Assembly (NCBI GenBank): GCA_012729375.1
Contig: JAAYDE010000100.1
Coordinates: 10,414-74,413, forward strand
Reading direction: 5' to 3'
DNA from: Deltaproteobacteria bacterium
GTDB lineage: Bacteria; Desulfobacterota; Desulfuromonadia; Desulfuromonadales; JAAYDE01
Length of the DNA: 64,000 bases
The number at the start of each line of letters is the position of its first letter. Within the stretch, counting starts at the first letter, position 1. Of the stretch, positions 21,257 to 31,003 are shown piece by piece. A program made the position numbers and the translations under genes. Below the pieces are notes generated by a model. The model ran no database searches and had not been told where the DNA came from. It was given only the letters and a program-made list of their open reading frames with translations.

Positions 21257-22927
21257 TCAGAACAGGCCGGAAATTCTTCCCTGATCATCGATGTCGATGT
21301 TTTCCGCCGCGGGCTTGGAAGGCAGTCCCGGCATGCGCATCGTCTCCCCGGTGATCGGGATGATAAACCCGGCACCGGCCGCCACCTCGACTTCACGGAT
21401 GGTCAGCACAAAATCGGTGGGCCGGCCGTATTTCTTCGGGTTTTCGGAGAGAGATAGAGGGGTTTTGGCGATGCAGATGGGCAGTTTATCCAGACCCAGT
21501 TTTTCTATTCTTTCCAGATCCTTTTTGGCGTCGTGGCGGAAGGCGACGGTGGTTGCGCCATAGATGCGCGTAGCCACGGTCTCGATTTTTTTCCTGACGC
21601 TCCAGTTCCAGTCGTAAAGCGGCGCAAACGGCGCATCATAGGCGGCGACCGTCTCGGTCACCAACTGCGCCAGTTCGATGCACCCTGCTCCCCCCTTGCC
21701 CCATGCATCCACGGTGGCCGCCTTGACGCCCAATCCCGCGCAGTGTTTTTTGACCAGTTCCAGTTCCTCTTCGGTGTCGTTTTCAAAACGGTTGATGGCC
21801 ACCACCGGACGAATGTGGAAAATGGCCGCATTCTCCAGATGTTTTTCGAGGTTGCAGAGGCCGTTCTGCAAGGCCGCGGGGTTGGGCCGGTCGAGGCCTT
21901 CCGGAGAGCCGCTGCCGTGGTATTTGAGCGCCCGCAATGTGACCACCAGCACCACGGCGTGGGGGGTGAGACCGGAGTAACCGCATTTGATGTGGAGGAA
22001 CTTCTCCGCTCCCAGGTCGAAACCGAAACCGGCCTCGGTCACGACATAATCGGCCAGGCTCAGACCCATGCGGGTGGCGATGACCGAATTGGTGCCCTGG
22101 GCGATGTTGGCGAAGGGGCCCCCGTGGATCAGGGCCGGGGTCCCCTCGATGGTCTGCACCAGGTTCGGTTGAATGGCGTCCTTGAGAAGGGCGGCCATGG
22201 CTCCCTGGGCCTTGAGATCGCGGGCAAAAACCGGGTTTTTGTCGTAAGTGTCGCCGACATAGATGTTGCCGAGGCGCTGTTTGAGATCGGCCAGGTTTTC
22301 CGACAGGCAGAGAATGGCCATGACTTCCGAAGCCGCGGTGATGTCGAAACCGCTTTCCCGCGGCACGCCGTGGCTGGGGCCGCCGAGGCCGATGACCAGA
22401 TGGCGCAGGGTGCGGTCGTTGAGGTCCATGACCCGTTTCCAGACTACGGTGCGCGGATCGATGCCCAGAGAATATTTGCGGTTCTGGAGGTTGTTGTCGA
22501 TGAGGGCGGTGAGCAGATTGTGGGCTTTTTCCACCGCGGCAAAGTCGCCGGTGAAATGGAGGTTGATATCCTCCATCGGCAAAACCTGGGAATAGCCCCC
22601 TCCGGCGGCGCCTCCCTTGATGCCGAAAACCGGGCCGAGGGAAGGCTCGCGCAGGACCACCAGCGATTTTTTGCCGATTTTCTCAAGTCCCTGGGCCAAA
22701 CCGACGGAAGTGGTGGTTTTCCCTTCCCCGGCCGGTGTCGGCGTGATCGCCGAAACCAGGATCAGGCGGCTTTTTTGGCCCTTGTCGCGGTCGATCAGCG
22801 AGAGGGGGAGCTTGGCCTTGTAGTTCCCGTAATATGCCAATGAATCTCTGGGGATATTCAATTTTTCAGCGATTTCAAGAATAGGGCGGAGGGGGGCCTG
22901 GTAAGCTATTTCCATGTTGGTCGGCAT
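21257..22927 (-). CDS. fhs: Formate-tetrahydrofolate ligase
   Basis: TPAGEGKTT, GIKGGAAGGGYSQV, HGGPFANIAQG, TEAGFG, MPGLP. Confidence 0.97.
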   Translation of the reverse strand: MPTNMEIAYQAPLRPILEIAEKLNIPRDSLAYYGNYKAKLPLSLIDRDKGQKSRLILVSAITPTPAGEGKTTTSVGLAQGLEKIGKKSLVVLREPSLGPVFGIKGGAAGGGYSQVLPMEDINLHFTGDFAAVEKAHNLLTALIDNNLQNRKYSLGIDPRTVVWKRVMDLNDRTLRHLVIGLGGPSHGVPRESGFDITAASEVMAILCLSENLADLKQRLGNIYVGDTYDKNPVFARDLKAQGAMAALLKDAIQPNLVQTIEGTPALIHGGPFANIAQGTNSVIATRMGLSLADYVVTEAGFGFDLGAEKFLHIKCGYSGLTPHAVVLVVTLRALKYHGSGSPEGLDRPNPAALQNGLCNLEKHLENAAIFHIRPVVAINRFENDTEEELELVKKHCAGLGVKAATVDAWGKGGAGCIELAQLVTETVAAYDAPFAPLYDWNWSVRKKIETVATRIYGATTVAFRHDAKKDLERIEKLGLDKLPICIAKTPLSLSENPKKYGRPTDFVLTIREVEVAAGAGFIIPITGETMRMPGLPSKPAAENIDIDDQGRISGLF

Positions 22928-23130
22928 AGATCCTCGCTTCGAAGGGATTGACCCATGTCACTGCCGGTGCGGTGTTATGACCGCCAAACTATTATATATA
23001 GGACATACCTGCTGCTCTGGAAAGAAAAAAGTTGGCTGGCCCGCTTTTCGTGGATGGTCAGCGAACGTCTTTTTTGGTAGCTTGATAGCCGATTTCAACT
23101 GAGGGAGAAAATTCCGGAGGGAGCGGGCAC

Positions 23131-23592
23131 ATGGCGGAGGGAACCGAACGGAGGGAATATCCGGGATCGCCCAGGGTGGCTGTCGGCGCCGTGGTGATTC
23201 ATGATGGAAAAATTTTAATGGTTTGCCGGGGCATGCCGCCTGCCAAAGGCTTATGGTCGATTCCCGGCGGCATGGTGGAACTTGGAGAGACTCTGCAGCA
23301 GGCCGCCGAGCGGGAGATCCTGGAGGAGACCGGGTTGCTGGTCAGGGCCGGGGAACCGATATATTCCTTTGAAATCATCGACCGGGACCAGCAGGAGAAG
23401 GTTCGCTTCCACTACGTCATCATCGATCTGGTGGCCGACCTGGTCGGCGGAGAACTGCAGAAGCAGGGGGGGGATGACGCCAAGGAGGCGCGCTGGTTCT
23501 CTTTCGATGAACTGAAAAATCTGCCGATGAGCGATATGACCAGGAAACTTCTGGAGGACAGGAACCAGGTCCTTGCGGTTTTGGAAAAATAA
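23131..23592 (+). CDS. NUDIX hydrolase (ADP-ribose pyrophosphatase-like)
   Basis: Nudix box GGMVELGETLQQAAEREILEETG. Confidence 0.92.
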   Translation: MAEGTERREYPGSPRVAVGAVVIHDGKILMVCRGMPPAKGLWSIPGGMVELGETLQQAAEREILEETGLLVRAGEPIYSFEIIDRDQQEKVRFHYVIIDLVADLVGGELQKQGGDDAKEARWFSFDELKNLPMSDMTRKLLEDRNQVLAVLEK

Positions 23593-23647
23593 CGGTTTGC
23601 GTGATGGTCCTTTGGTTTTTCACGGTTTCACTGGACGGGAGGTCGGG

Positions 23648-24490
23648 ATGCTTTGGAAAGGGCGGAAAGGGAGTGCCAATGTCGAGGACCGTCGGGGTCT
23701 CCCGGTAAAAGGAGCCGTCGGCGGCGGGATCGGAACCCTGCTTTTAGCTGTGGTGATCTATTTTCTGGGGGGCGATCCGACCCAATTAATCAATACGGTT
23801 CAAGTCAACACGCAAGCGCCGGCCGCCTCCCAAAAAAGAGCCGCGGCAGAAGACGAAATGGGCCAATTCGTCTCCGTTGTTTTGGCTGAAACCGAAAACG
23901 TCTGGAGCGATCTGTTGCGCAAAAACAACATGACCTACCGGCATCCCAAGCTGGTTCTCTATAGCGGCAGCGTGCGTTCGGCCTGCGGATATTCCAGCGC
24001 CGCCACCGGACCCTTCTACTGCCCCGGCGATCAAAAGGTCTATATCGACCTCAGTTTTTTCGAGGAATTACAACGCAAGTTCCAGGCGCCGGGGGATTTT
24101 GCCATGGCCTATGTGATCGCCCACGAGGTCGGGCACCACGTCCAAACGCTTTTGGGGATCAGTGACCAGTTGATGGCGATGCGCTCAAAGGTCAGCGAAA
24201 GGGAATTCAACCAGTATCTGGTGCGTTTCGAGCTGCAGGCGGATTATCTGGCGGGCGTCTGGGCCCACCACGTCAAGAGGATGCAACTGCTGGAGCCGGG
24301 GGACCTGGAGGAAGCCCTGAATGCGGCCAGCGCCATCGGCGATGACCGCATTCAGAAGCGGGCGCAGGGATATGTGGTCCCCGACAGCTTCACCCATGGC
24401 ACTTCCGAACAGCGCAAACGGTGGTTCAACAAAGGTTTCACCGCCGGCGACCTGAGTGCGGGCAACACCTTCAAGGCGAAGGTTTTGTAA
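23648..24490 (+). CDS. Neutral zinc metallopeptidase (YpfJ-like)
   Basis: SANVEDRRG, TM segment, GPFYCP, AHEVGHHVQ, ELQAD, DSFTHG. Confidence 0.9.
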   Translation: MLWKGRKGSANVEDRRGLPVKGAVGGGIGTLLLAVVIYFLGGDPTQLINTVQVNTQAPAASQKRAAAEDEMGQFVSVVLAETENVWSDLLRKNNMTYRHPKLVLYSGSVRSACGYSSAATGPFYCPGDQKVYIDLSFFEELQRKFQAPGDFAMAYVIAHEVGHHVQTLLGISDQLMAMRSKVSEREFNQYLVRFELQADYLAGVWAHHVKRMQLLEPGDLEEALNAASAIGDDRIQKRAQGYVVPDSFTHGTSEQRKRWFNKGFTAGDLSAGNTFKAKVL

Positions 24491-24502
24491 GCGGTCCTGG
24501 TA

Positions 24503-24536
24503 ATGGGGGCGGGAGCGGTTTTTCTCCCGCCCCCAT
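24503..24536. terminator. Hairpin between convergent genes
   Basis: Perfect 13-bp inverted repeat ATGGGGGCGGGAG/CTCCCGCCCCCAT. Confidence 0.65.
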
Positions 24537-24548
24537 GTTCATCGGTTG

Positions 24549-25367
24549 TCATGCCGGGTGAAGGCCGACGAGGTTTTCGATGTTTTGGGTGACCTGGGCG
24601 GGAAGTCCCAGATTTGCGGCCAGGCGATCGAGATATTCCCGTTCCGCCGCCGTGTCGACTTCGATGGCCAGCAGGGAGGCCGCGTAGAGTTCCGCCGCCA
24701 GTTCCGGCTTGCCGCGCACCGCGGCCACCAGTTCATCCGTTTCCATGGGCTTTTCCATTTGCGTCATCATGTAGTGTTGACCCTGGTCGTTTGCTCCCGA
24801 TTCCCGCACTTTGGCCACCATCCGGTCGATTTCCCTGGCGTCGATCCGGCCGTCCGCCTTGGTGGCGTTGATCATGGCCCGCAGCACGAGTTCCGACTGC
24901 CTCTCCAATTCATCCGCTTCCCGGTTGGTTTGCGGTTCCACCAGGCCGAGGGGGGCCTTGGCCTGGTGGCCGCTTTTTTTCAAGGCCTGATAGGCCATGG
25001 CGCCGAGCAGGGCCATGAGCCCGCCGCCCATGGCGCCGCCCATCGATTTCCCGCCGCCGCCAAAAAGTGCGCCGAGCAGTGCGCCCAGGCCTCCCACTGC
25101 CAGGTTTTTCTGGCCGCCGACGGCCCGTCCCACATCGCCCAGGATATCGCCCAGCATGCTGCTTCCCTGCCCCGCTGCGCCTTCGGCCCTTCCTCCCCCG
25201 AGCATGCCGGAGAGCCAGTCGGTGATCCCGCCACCGGCGGCTTGCGCCGGAGTTCCGCCGAACATCTCCGACATCTTGTCCAGGTTAAGAGCATTGCGCA
25301 TGCGATCCTGGGAAGACGGGGCCTTTCCCGATTGCAGCATCGCTTCCAGAAGCTTGCCGATTTCCAT
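24549..25367 (-). CDS. DUF533/YebE (TerB-like) membrane protein
   Basis: Gly-rich hydrophobic N-half, LRAMINATKADGRID, ELYAASLLAI...EREYLDRLA. Confidence 0.85.
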   Translation of the reverse strand: MEIGKLLEAMLQSGKAPSSQDRMRNALNLDKMSEMFGGTPAQAAGGGITDWLSGMLGGGRAEGAAGQGSSMLGDILGDVGRAVGGQKNLAVGGLGALLGALFGGGGKSMGGAMGGGLMALLGAMAYQALKKSGHQAKAPLGLVEPQTNREADELERQSELVLRAMINATKADGRIDAREIDRMVAKVRESGANDQGQHYMMTQMEKPMETDELVAAVRGKPELAAELYAASLLAIEVDTAAEREYLDRLAANLGLPAQVTQNIENLVGLHPA

Positions 25368-25568
25368 GTTTTGTCACTCCCTTGGAGTTTTGGCAGGCGG
25401 CTGAAAAACATTGCCCTTGGCCCTTATGGCACGGTGCGCGGACTTCCAAGAGGCTTTGCGCCTTTGTTAAAAACCCGCCTGCCTCGCCTAAGGCGCCAAA
25501 TCCTTGTTTTTCAGCAGCCTGTTATAAAAATTAAGGTATTGCGATCTGCCGCCGAATGAAAAAATGCT

Positions 25569-26000
25569 TCAGTCGAGGGGAATGCGGATTTTCTGGCCGG
25601 GATAGATCAGGTTGGCGTCCTTGATGACTTCCCGGTTGGCTTCGAAGATCCGCGGGTATTCGCTGGCCTTGCCGTAAAACTGCTTGGCGATCGCGGATAG
25701 CGTATCTCCTTTTTTGATGACGTAATATTCGACTTTTTTCTCCGCCGGAGGCGCCGACAGCCCGTCAATCTTGACCTCGGAAACCCCCTGAACATTGCCG
25801 GCCAAAAGGACGGCTTTTTCCATGGCCTCCTGGCTGGCCGCCTGACCGGACAGAGATACCACCCCCTCGTTGAACTCGACTTTCAGGCCGGTGACACCGG
25901 GGTTGTCCTCTTCAATGTTTTTTTTGATCTTTTCAGCGGCGTCCTCTTCTTTGCTGAACAGTTTCTTGCCGATCTCCTTCATGAAATCAAATAATCCCAT
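25569..26000 (-). CDS. kbp: BON-LysM potassium-binding protein
   Basis: MGLFDFMKEIGKKLF, GNVQGV, LysM GDTLSAIAK..IFEAN..IYPGQKIRIP. Confidence 0.88.
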   Translation of the reverse strand: MGLFDFMKEIGKKLFSKEEDAAEKIKKNIEEDNPGVTGLKVEFNEGVVSLSGQAASQEAMEKAVLLAGNVQGVSEVKIDGLSAPPAEKKVEYYVIKKGDTLSAIAKQFYGKASEYPRIFEANREVIKDANLIYPGQKIRIPLD

Positions 26001-26226
26001 AGCCTTTTCCTTTCCAATAAAAGAGCCTGCAGATAAGTTTTAAACCTAGTCTTATTCTACCACTTGCCGGAGGCTGAAAAGGGCGTCCAGCCGATAAAAA
26101 ACATCCGACGGGTGCGGCCGCCGGGCGAGAACCGGTGGCGATACGGTATGGGTACCCGCTTGTTAAGGTAATGCAGGATCGCTCTAGGAAGGCTTGGCGG
26201 CCGGTAAGGTTGGGGTGTTGCTTTTT

Positions 26227-26415
26227 CTAGGTTCCCTGGGGCGGATAGGCTTCGCCTTGGCGTGGGATTTCGGGAAGGGAGGGGTTTTTCTCCTGAACGG
26301 ATTCCCAGGTTTTGATGTCGTAAATACCGGCATCACAGCCGGGAAAGTAGCATTCGAAAGGATAATCCTCGACGGAAGCGAAGGCCCTGAAACACCGCGA
26401 ACACCAGAAATACAT
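26227..26415 (-). CDS. Small Cys-rich hypothetical protein (CxxC...CxxxxC)
   Basis: GGGAG RBS before MYFWCSRC; 62 aa; fills the gap between the flavodoxin gene and kbp. Confidence 0.55.
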   Translation of the reverse strand: MYFWCSRCFRAFASVEDYPFECYFPGCDAGIYDIKTWESVQEKNPSLPEIPRQGEAYPPQGT

Positions 26416-26483
26416 GATCACTCCCGAAAAAAGTAAAGGCCGGCCGGAGGAGCGTTTTCCCCTCTCCGGCCGGTTTGCGCCGT

Positions 26484-26984
26484 CTAACCGTGGCGTGCCT
26501 TGAGGAGAATATCCTTGACGAATTCCCGGGCGTCCTGCAAATCGGCATCATCCGGATGGGTGGCCGCGGTCCGCGCTTCATCCACCCAGGCCCGGTGCTC
26601 CGGTTTTTGGGAGAGGGCGTCGAGAAGGGCCATCTTCACCTTTCCCCTCGCGCCAAAGGTACCCAGGATCTTGAGATCCTTGCCGATGCCCGCGAGTTGA
26701 TGGAAGGCCGATACGGCCCGTTCGCCCCCCCGCAGAGAACCGTGGGTGGTGAAGAAAGCCACTTTTTTACCTTTGGGAATGGTGCGGATGAAGGTTTCGA
26801 CTTTGGGAGGAACGCTATGGACCTGGACCGGGAAACCGCAGAAGATGAGATCGTAGTCGCCCGTTCCGGGAACGACGTCCAGGGGCAATAATTCTTTACC
26901 TTCCCCCGGAATGCTGTCGAAGATCTCCTGGGCCACTTTTTCCGTGTTACCGGTTTCCGATAGATACGCTACCAGTATTTTCAT
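26484..26984 (-). CDS. Flavodoxin-family protein
   Basis: MKILVAYLSETGNTEKVA FMN phosphate loop; KKVAFFTTHG. Confidence 0.88.
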   Translation of the reverse strand: MKILVAYLSETGNTEKVAQEIFDSIPGEGKELLPLDVVPGTGDYDLIFCGFPVQVHSVPPKVETFIRTIPKGKKVAFFTTHGSLRGGERAVSAFHQLAGIGKDLKILGTFGARGKVKMALLDALSQKPEHRAWVDEARTAATHPDDADLQDAREFVKDILLKARHG

Positions 26985-27244
26985 GTTCACCTTCCCGGAA
27001 TTTTAAGGGTATTGAAAAGGATATTTTACTGAACGTCCGGCGTCGGCAGGGGCAACCCGCATGCTTTTCCGCTCGCCAAAACAATAACCTGTTTACAGTA
27101 GGATAGCTTATGTGTCAACTCTCATGCGCCGAGGCGGAAAAATAAATTGGGTGTTTCTGCTTTGGGAAGGCCGGCACAAACCCCTTCCGGGTCAACCTTG
27201 GCAAAGGGTCGCGATCCATCAGTTTCCAGGGGTGAAATAATAAA

Positions 27245-27274
27245 TTTACCTGGGGCTTCAATAGGGATTATAAT
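27245..27274 (+). promoter_or_regulatory. Candidate sigma-70 promoter of the S1 gene
   Basis: TTTACC-N18-TATAAT, 35 bp before ATG 27310. Confidence 0.45.
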
Positions 27275-27309
27275 ACACCGTTTATTTATCCTACATCTTT
27301 GAGGTTTTC

Positions 27310-28545
27310 ATGAAAGAACGTGACGACGAGTGGAATGAGGAAAATGAGGAAGGTGAAGAGAATGAAGAGGGGAGTTTCGCCCAACTCTTCGAAGAGAGCC
27401 TGAAGACCGCCAAGGTGCGCCTGGAACCGGGGCAGAAGGTCGAGGGAAAGGTCCTGCAGATTGGTGGTGACTGGATTTTTCTCGATGTCGGGCAGAAAGG
27501 CGAAGGAATTCTCGACGCCCGCGAACTGCTCGATGCCGAGGGCAATCTGACCGTCGCCGTCGGCGACAAGGTCAGCGCCTATTTCCTTTCCGGCAGTGGC
27601 GGCGAACTCCGTTTTACCACCAAGCTCAGCGCGGGGGCGGCGGGAGCGGCGCAGATGGAAGAAGCCTGGCGCAGCCGCATCCCGGTTGAGGGGCGGATCG
27701 AAAAGGAGATCAAGGGCGGCTATGAGATACGGCTCAGCGGCGGCGTGAGGGCTTTCTGCCCCTTCTCCCAGCTCGGCCTGCGCCGCCAGGATTCTTCCGT
27801 CGAGGTGATCGGCCAGTCCCGCCCGTTCCGGATCACCCAGTTCAGTGAGCGGGGCCGCAACATTGTCGTTTCCCATCGGGTGCTTCTGGAAGAAGAGCAG
27901 AAACAACGCCGCGAAGCCCTCAAGGAAACGCTCCAGCCGGGGATGGTGGTCAGGGGGGTGATCACCAACCTTCGCGACTTCGGCGCTTTTGTCGATATCG
28001 GCGGCGTCGAGGGGCTGGTACCTATTTCCGAAGTCGCCTACGGCCGGGTGGAGGATATCCGCTCCGTACTGCAGGTGGGACAGGAGCTGGAGGTCGCGGT
28101 CAAAAGCTGCGATTGGGAAAAAAACCGTTTTTCCTTCAGCATCCGCGACACCCTGGCCGATCCCTGGAGCCGGGTGGATGCTGATTTCCAGGAAGGAGCT
28201 TCCTATACCGGAAAGGTGGCCCGCCTCGTTCCCTTCGGCGCTTTCGTCACCCTGAAAGAGGGCATCGACGGGCTGATCCACATCTCCAAGCTGGGAGCCG
28301 GCCGGCAGATCAAACACGCCCAGGAAGTTGTGCAGACCGGCGACACCGTAGCGGTGACCATCGAAAAAATCGACCGCGATCAGCGGCGCGTCTCGCTGGT
28401 CCTTGCCCAATCGGCTGCGGCGGCGCCGGCAACCATGACGCCGGAGGAGCAGGAGCCGACCTCGTATGTTGAAAAGCCGGCTGCGTCCGGCATGGGAACC
28501 TTTGCCGATCTGCTGCAAGGGGCAAAAACCAAAAAACGCCGCTGA
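27310..28545 (+). CDS. rpsA: Ribosomal protein S1-like RNA-binding protein (short, 4 S1 domains)
   Basis: Repeated S1 motifs (FGAFVDIGGVEGLVPISE; FGAFVTLKEGIDGLIHISKL), C-terminal GTFADLL; 411 aa, probably a paralogue. Confidence 0.75.
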   Translation: MKERDDEWNEENEEGEENEEGSFAQLFEESLKTAKVRLEPGQKVEGKVLQIGGDWIFLDVGQKGEGILDARELLDAEGNLTVAVGDKVSAYFLSGSGGELRFTTKLSAGAAGAAQMEEAWRSRIPVEGRIEKEIKGGYEIRLSGGVRAFCPFSQLGLRRQDSSVEVIGQSRPFRITQFSERGRNIVVSHRVLLEEEQKQRREALKETLQPGMVVRGVITNLRDFGAFVDIGGVEGLVPISEVAYGRVEDIRSVLQVGQELEVAVKSCDWEKNRFSFSIRDTLADPWSRVDADFQEGASYTGKVARLVPFGAFVTLKEGIDGLIHISKLGAGRQIKHAQEVVQTGDTVAVTIEKIDRDQRRVSLVLAQSAAAAPATMTPEEQEPTSYVEKPAASGMGTFADLLQGAKTKKRR

Positions 28546-28557
28546 TGGATTTCGTAA

Positions 28558-28605
28558 AGGCGATAAAAGCCCGGGTATCTCCCCATGCCTGGGCTTTTAT
28601 CGCCT
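28558..28605 (+). terminator. Long hairpin after the S1 gene
   Basis: AGGCGATAAAAGCCCGGG...CCTGGGCTTTTATCGCCT inverted repeat. Confidence 0.6.
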
Positions 28606-28659
28606 CCGAGGCGGAATCCGCCGCCGGGCATTCCCGGACCCGTGCAAGGAGTCGCTGCA

Positions 28660-29280
28660 ATGAGCCTGTTTGACGAAGTAGCGCAACAATGGGACAGGGA
28701 TCCGGTCCGCCGGCAACGGGCGCTGCAGGTCGCCGATTCGATGCGGAAAGGTATCCCTCTGGATGGCACCTGGCGGGCGTTGGAATTCGGCTGCGGCACC
28801 GCCCAGCTGAGTTTCTGCCTGCGCCACGAATTGGCGGAGATCACCCTGGTCGACACCTCGGAAGGGATGCTCGATGTGGCCCGGGATAAGATCGCCGCCG
28901 CCGGCGTGACCCACATGAGGCCGCTGCTGGCCGATCTGACCGCGGGGGAGCTGCCCGGCGGCCGCTTCGAGCTGATTTACTCGATGATGGCCCTGCACCA
29001 TTTGCCGGCGCCGGAAGGGATCATCCCGGTTTTTTGGGACCTGCTCAACGAGGGGGGGTACCTGTGCATCGCCGAACTGGAGAAGGGGGAGGTTTCCTTC
29101 CATGGCGAGGATTTCCCGGGGCATGACGGCTTTGCCAGGGAAGAACTGGCCGGAATGGTGGTCAGGGAAGGGTTTGACAGCCCACGGATCGATGACTGTT
29201 TTGTCATCCGCCGCGACGCTGCTGGACAAATCGAAGAGTTCAACGTCCTGCTTCTCATCTGCCGCAAACCGGCAAGTTGA
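28660..29280 (+). CDS. Class I SAM-dependent methyltransferase
   Basis: AAGGAG RBS; LEFGCGTA, VDTSEGML, YSMMALHH. Confidence 0.88.
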   Translation: MSLFDEVAQQWDRDPVRRQRALQVADSMRKGIPLDGTWRALEFGCGTAQLSFCLRHELAEITLVDTSEGMLDVARDKIAAAGVTHMRPLLADLTAGELPGGRFELIYSMMALHHLPAPEGIIPVFWDLLNEGGYLCIAELEKGEVSFHGEDFPGHDGFAREELAGMVVREGFDSPRIDDCFVIRRDAAGQIEEFNVLLLICRKPAS

Positions 29281-29303
29281 GCCGCTGTTTCCGCCGCCGA
29301 TGG

Positions 29304-30042
29304 CTAGTGGTCTTCCCTTTCCTTGAGCAGGCGCATGATCTCGTCCTCGCCCATCGGCCGCGGATGTTTGACGCGCAGGCTTTCCGACCATTCCCGGGCA
29401 AAATCCTTCTGCAGCCAGAGGTTCAGGCCCAGGGTGATGAGCATGGCCAAAAGGGTGCCCAGACTGGCCAGGGCCATATCCTTGTGGGCGTCCCACACAT
29501 CCCCCTGGGTTCCCAGGTAGGCCACACCCCGATCGCCGCCGAAAAATTCCGCCGCCGCCCATTCGAAAAGCTCGAAAAGCATGGACGTGGACATGGTGAA
29601 ATCCAGGGGCAGGAAATACCCCCAGACACCGCTGGCGTCGGCGACCCGGAAATAGAGTTCGCGAATGGGATAGGCGAGGAGCAGGCCATAGGAGAAATGG
29701 ACGATGCGGTCGAAGTTGTTGCGTTCCCAGCCGAGGGCCTGATTGAGGCTGTGGCCGCTCAGGGATTGCAACCAGGCGTCGTAGGGGACCTCGGCGTAGG
29801 TGTAATGGGCACCGATTTCGTGAAGAAAGAGGAACAGAAAAACCAGGGTGTAGGAAATGCGTGACAGGGGAAAGCGGCGACAGGTCAGCACCAGAAAAAG
29901 GGCGAAGGCCAAAACCAGGACGTTTTCCAGCGCCCAGTCCCGGCGGTCATGGGGATCGACGGCCAGAAAAAAATTCCGCGGCAAAGAGCAGGGGCAGGAA
30001 CAGGAAATAATGACGGTGGGGGATTCGGGTTAAAAATTTCAT
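29304..30042 (-). pseudogene. DUF2238 (YjdF-like) membrane protein, frameshifted in a T7 tract
   Basis: DWALEN, HEIGAHYTYAEVP, RNNFDRIVHF, LGTQGDVWDAHKDM; the natural start (GAGGTG RBS, ATG 30042, MKFLTRIPH...) is out of frame at A7 29967-29973. Confidence 0.7.
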
Positions 30043-30075
30043 GATGCCGGCACCTCGAAGGATGAAATGGCGACC

Positions 30076-30915
30076 TTATACTTTTTGGGGCACCGTCTTT
30101 GGGGGTTCCATTTTCTTGTCGAAAGGCGGCAAGCTGGCCCCGGTCAGAAAACCGACGACGACCCGGTTGAAAATCTCCGCCTGATCGGCCGGGGTGGCAT
30201 GACCGGAATCTTCGACAATTTCCAGTCGCGCGCCGGGTATTTCCCGCGCACAGGATTTTTTGACCTCCAGGGGGATGAAATCCTCACGGCCCGCCAGGAT
30301 CAGGGTCGGCACGGCGATAGCGGAAAGCCGGTCTACCAGGCTCCATCCCGACATCCCCTTCAGGGTTTGCAGATAGATGCGCGGGTCGTTGGCCGACCAG
30401 CGCTTTTCGAATCCCCGCCGCAGCGGTTCCTGCCCCTCTTTCGGGAAAAGACGCCGGGCGAGAACCTTGGCCGTTCTCTCCATGCCGAACAGACGGGTCA
30501 GCAGGAGGCGCTGCCCCAGCTCCCAGCGTTGCCGCCAGCTGCCGCGGGGGAGTTCCGGAGCGCTGTTGACGATGACCAGGCCGGCGACCACCTCGGGAAA
30601 ATCGACCGCCATCTGCAGGGCGACCATGCCGCCGAGGGAGATTCCCATCACTTGCGCCGGGAAAAATCCCAGGGATGTCATAAAATCGGCGGTGTCGGCG
30701 GCAAAACCGGGAATGGTGTAGCCGCATGCCGGGCGTGAGGAACGGCCGTGGCCGCGCAGATCGATGGTGATCGTCCGGAAATGCTGGCGCAGAGCCGGCA
30801 GTTGCAGACCCCAGTCCCGGCCGCTGCCTCCCAGCCCGTGAATCAGCAGCAAAGGGGGGCCGTACCCGGAAACCTCATAGTAGAGTTCCTCCCCTTCGGC
30901 AGTTTTCCACAGCAT
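30076..30915 (-). CDS. Alpha/beta-fold hydrolase (enol-lactonase/BioH-like)
   Basis: LIHGLGG, DLRGHGRS, GISLGG nucleophile elbow, GRED, SGH. Confidence 0.9.
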   Translation of the reverse strand: MLWKTAEGEELYYEVSGYGPPLLLIHGLGGSGRDWGLQLPALRQHFRTITIDLRGHGRSSRPACGYTIPGFAADTADFMTSLGFFPAQVMGISLGGMVALQMAVDFPEVVAGLVIVNSAPELPRGSWRQRWELGQRLLLTRLFGMERTAKVLARRLFPKEGQEPLRRGFEKRWSANDPRIYLQTLKGMSGWSLVDRLSAIAVPTLILAGREDFIPLEVKKSCAREIPGARLEIVEDSGHATPADQAEIFNRVVVGFLTGASLPPFDKKMEPPKTVPQKV

Positions 30916-30961
30916 ATTGTCGCGCCTTGAATGAGGGTTTTTCGTCCTTTGCCGATCCGTT

Positions 30962-31003
30962 CCCTCCCTAACCCTCCCCCGGAGGGGGGAGGGTTAGGGA
31001 GGG
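30962..31003. repeat. Perfect 19-bp inverted repeat (REP-like, G-quadruplex-prone)
   Basis: CCCTCCCTAACCCTCCCCC-GGAG-GGGGGAGGGTTAGGGAGGG. Confidence 0.85.

Noticed and set aside
28558-28605. GATAAAAGCCCGGG resembles the 3' end of guanidine-I/ykkC riboswitches
   Set aside because: The 5' aptamer elements are absent, and the motif is fully explained as one arm of the hairpin following the S1 stop codon.
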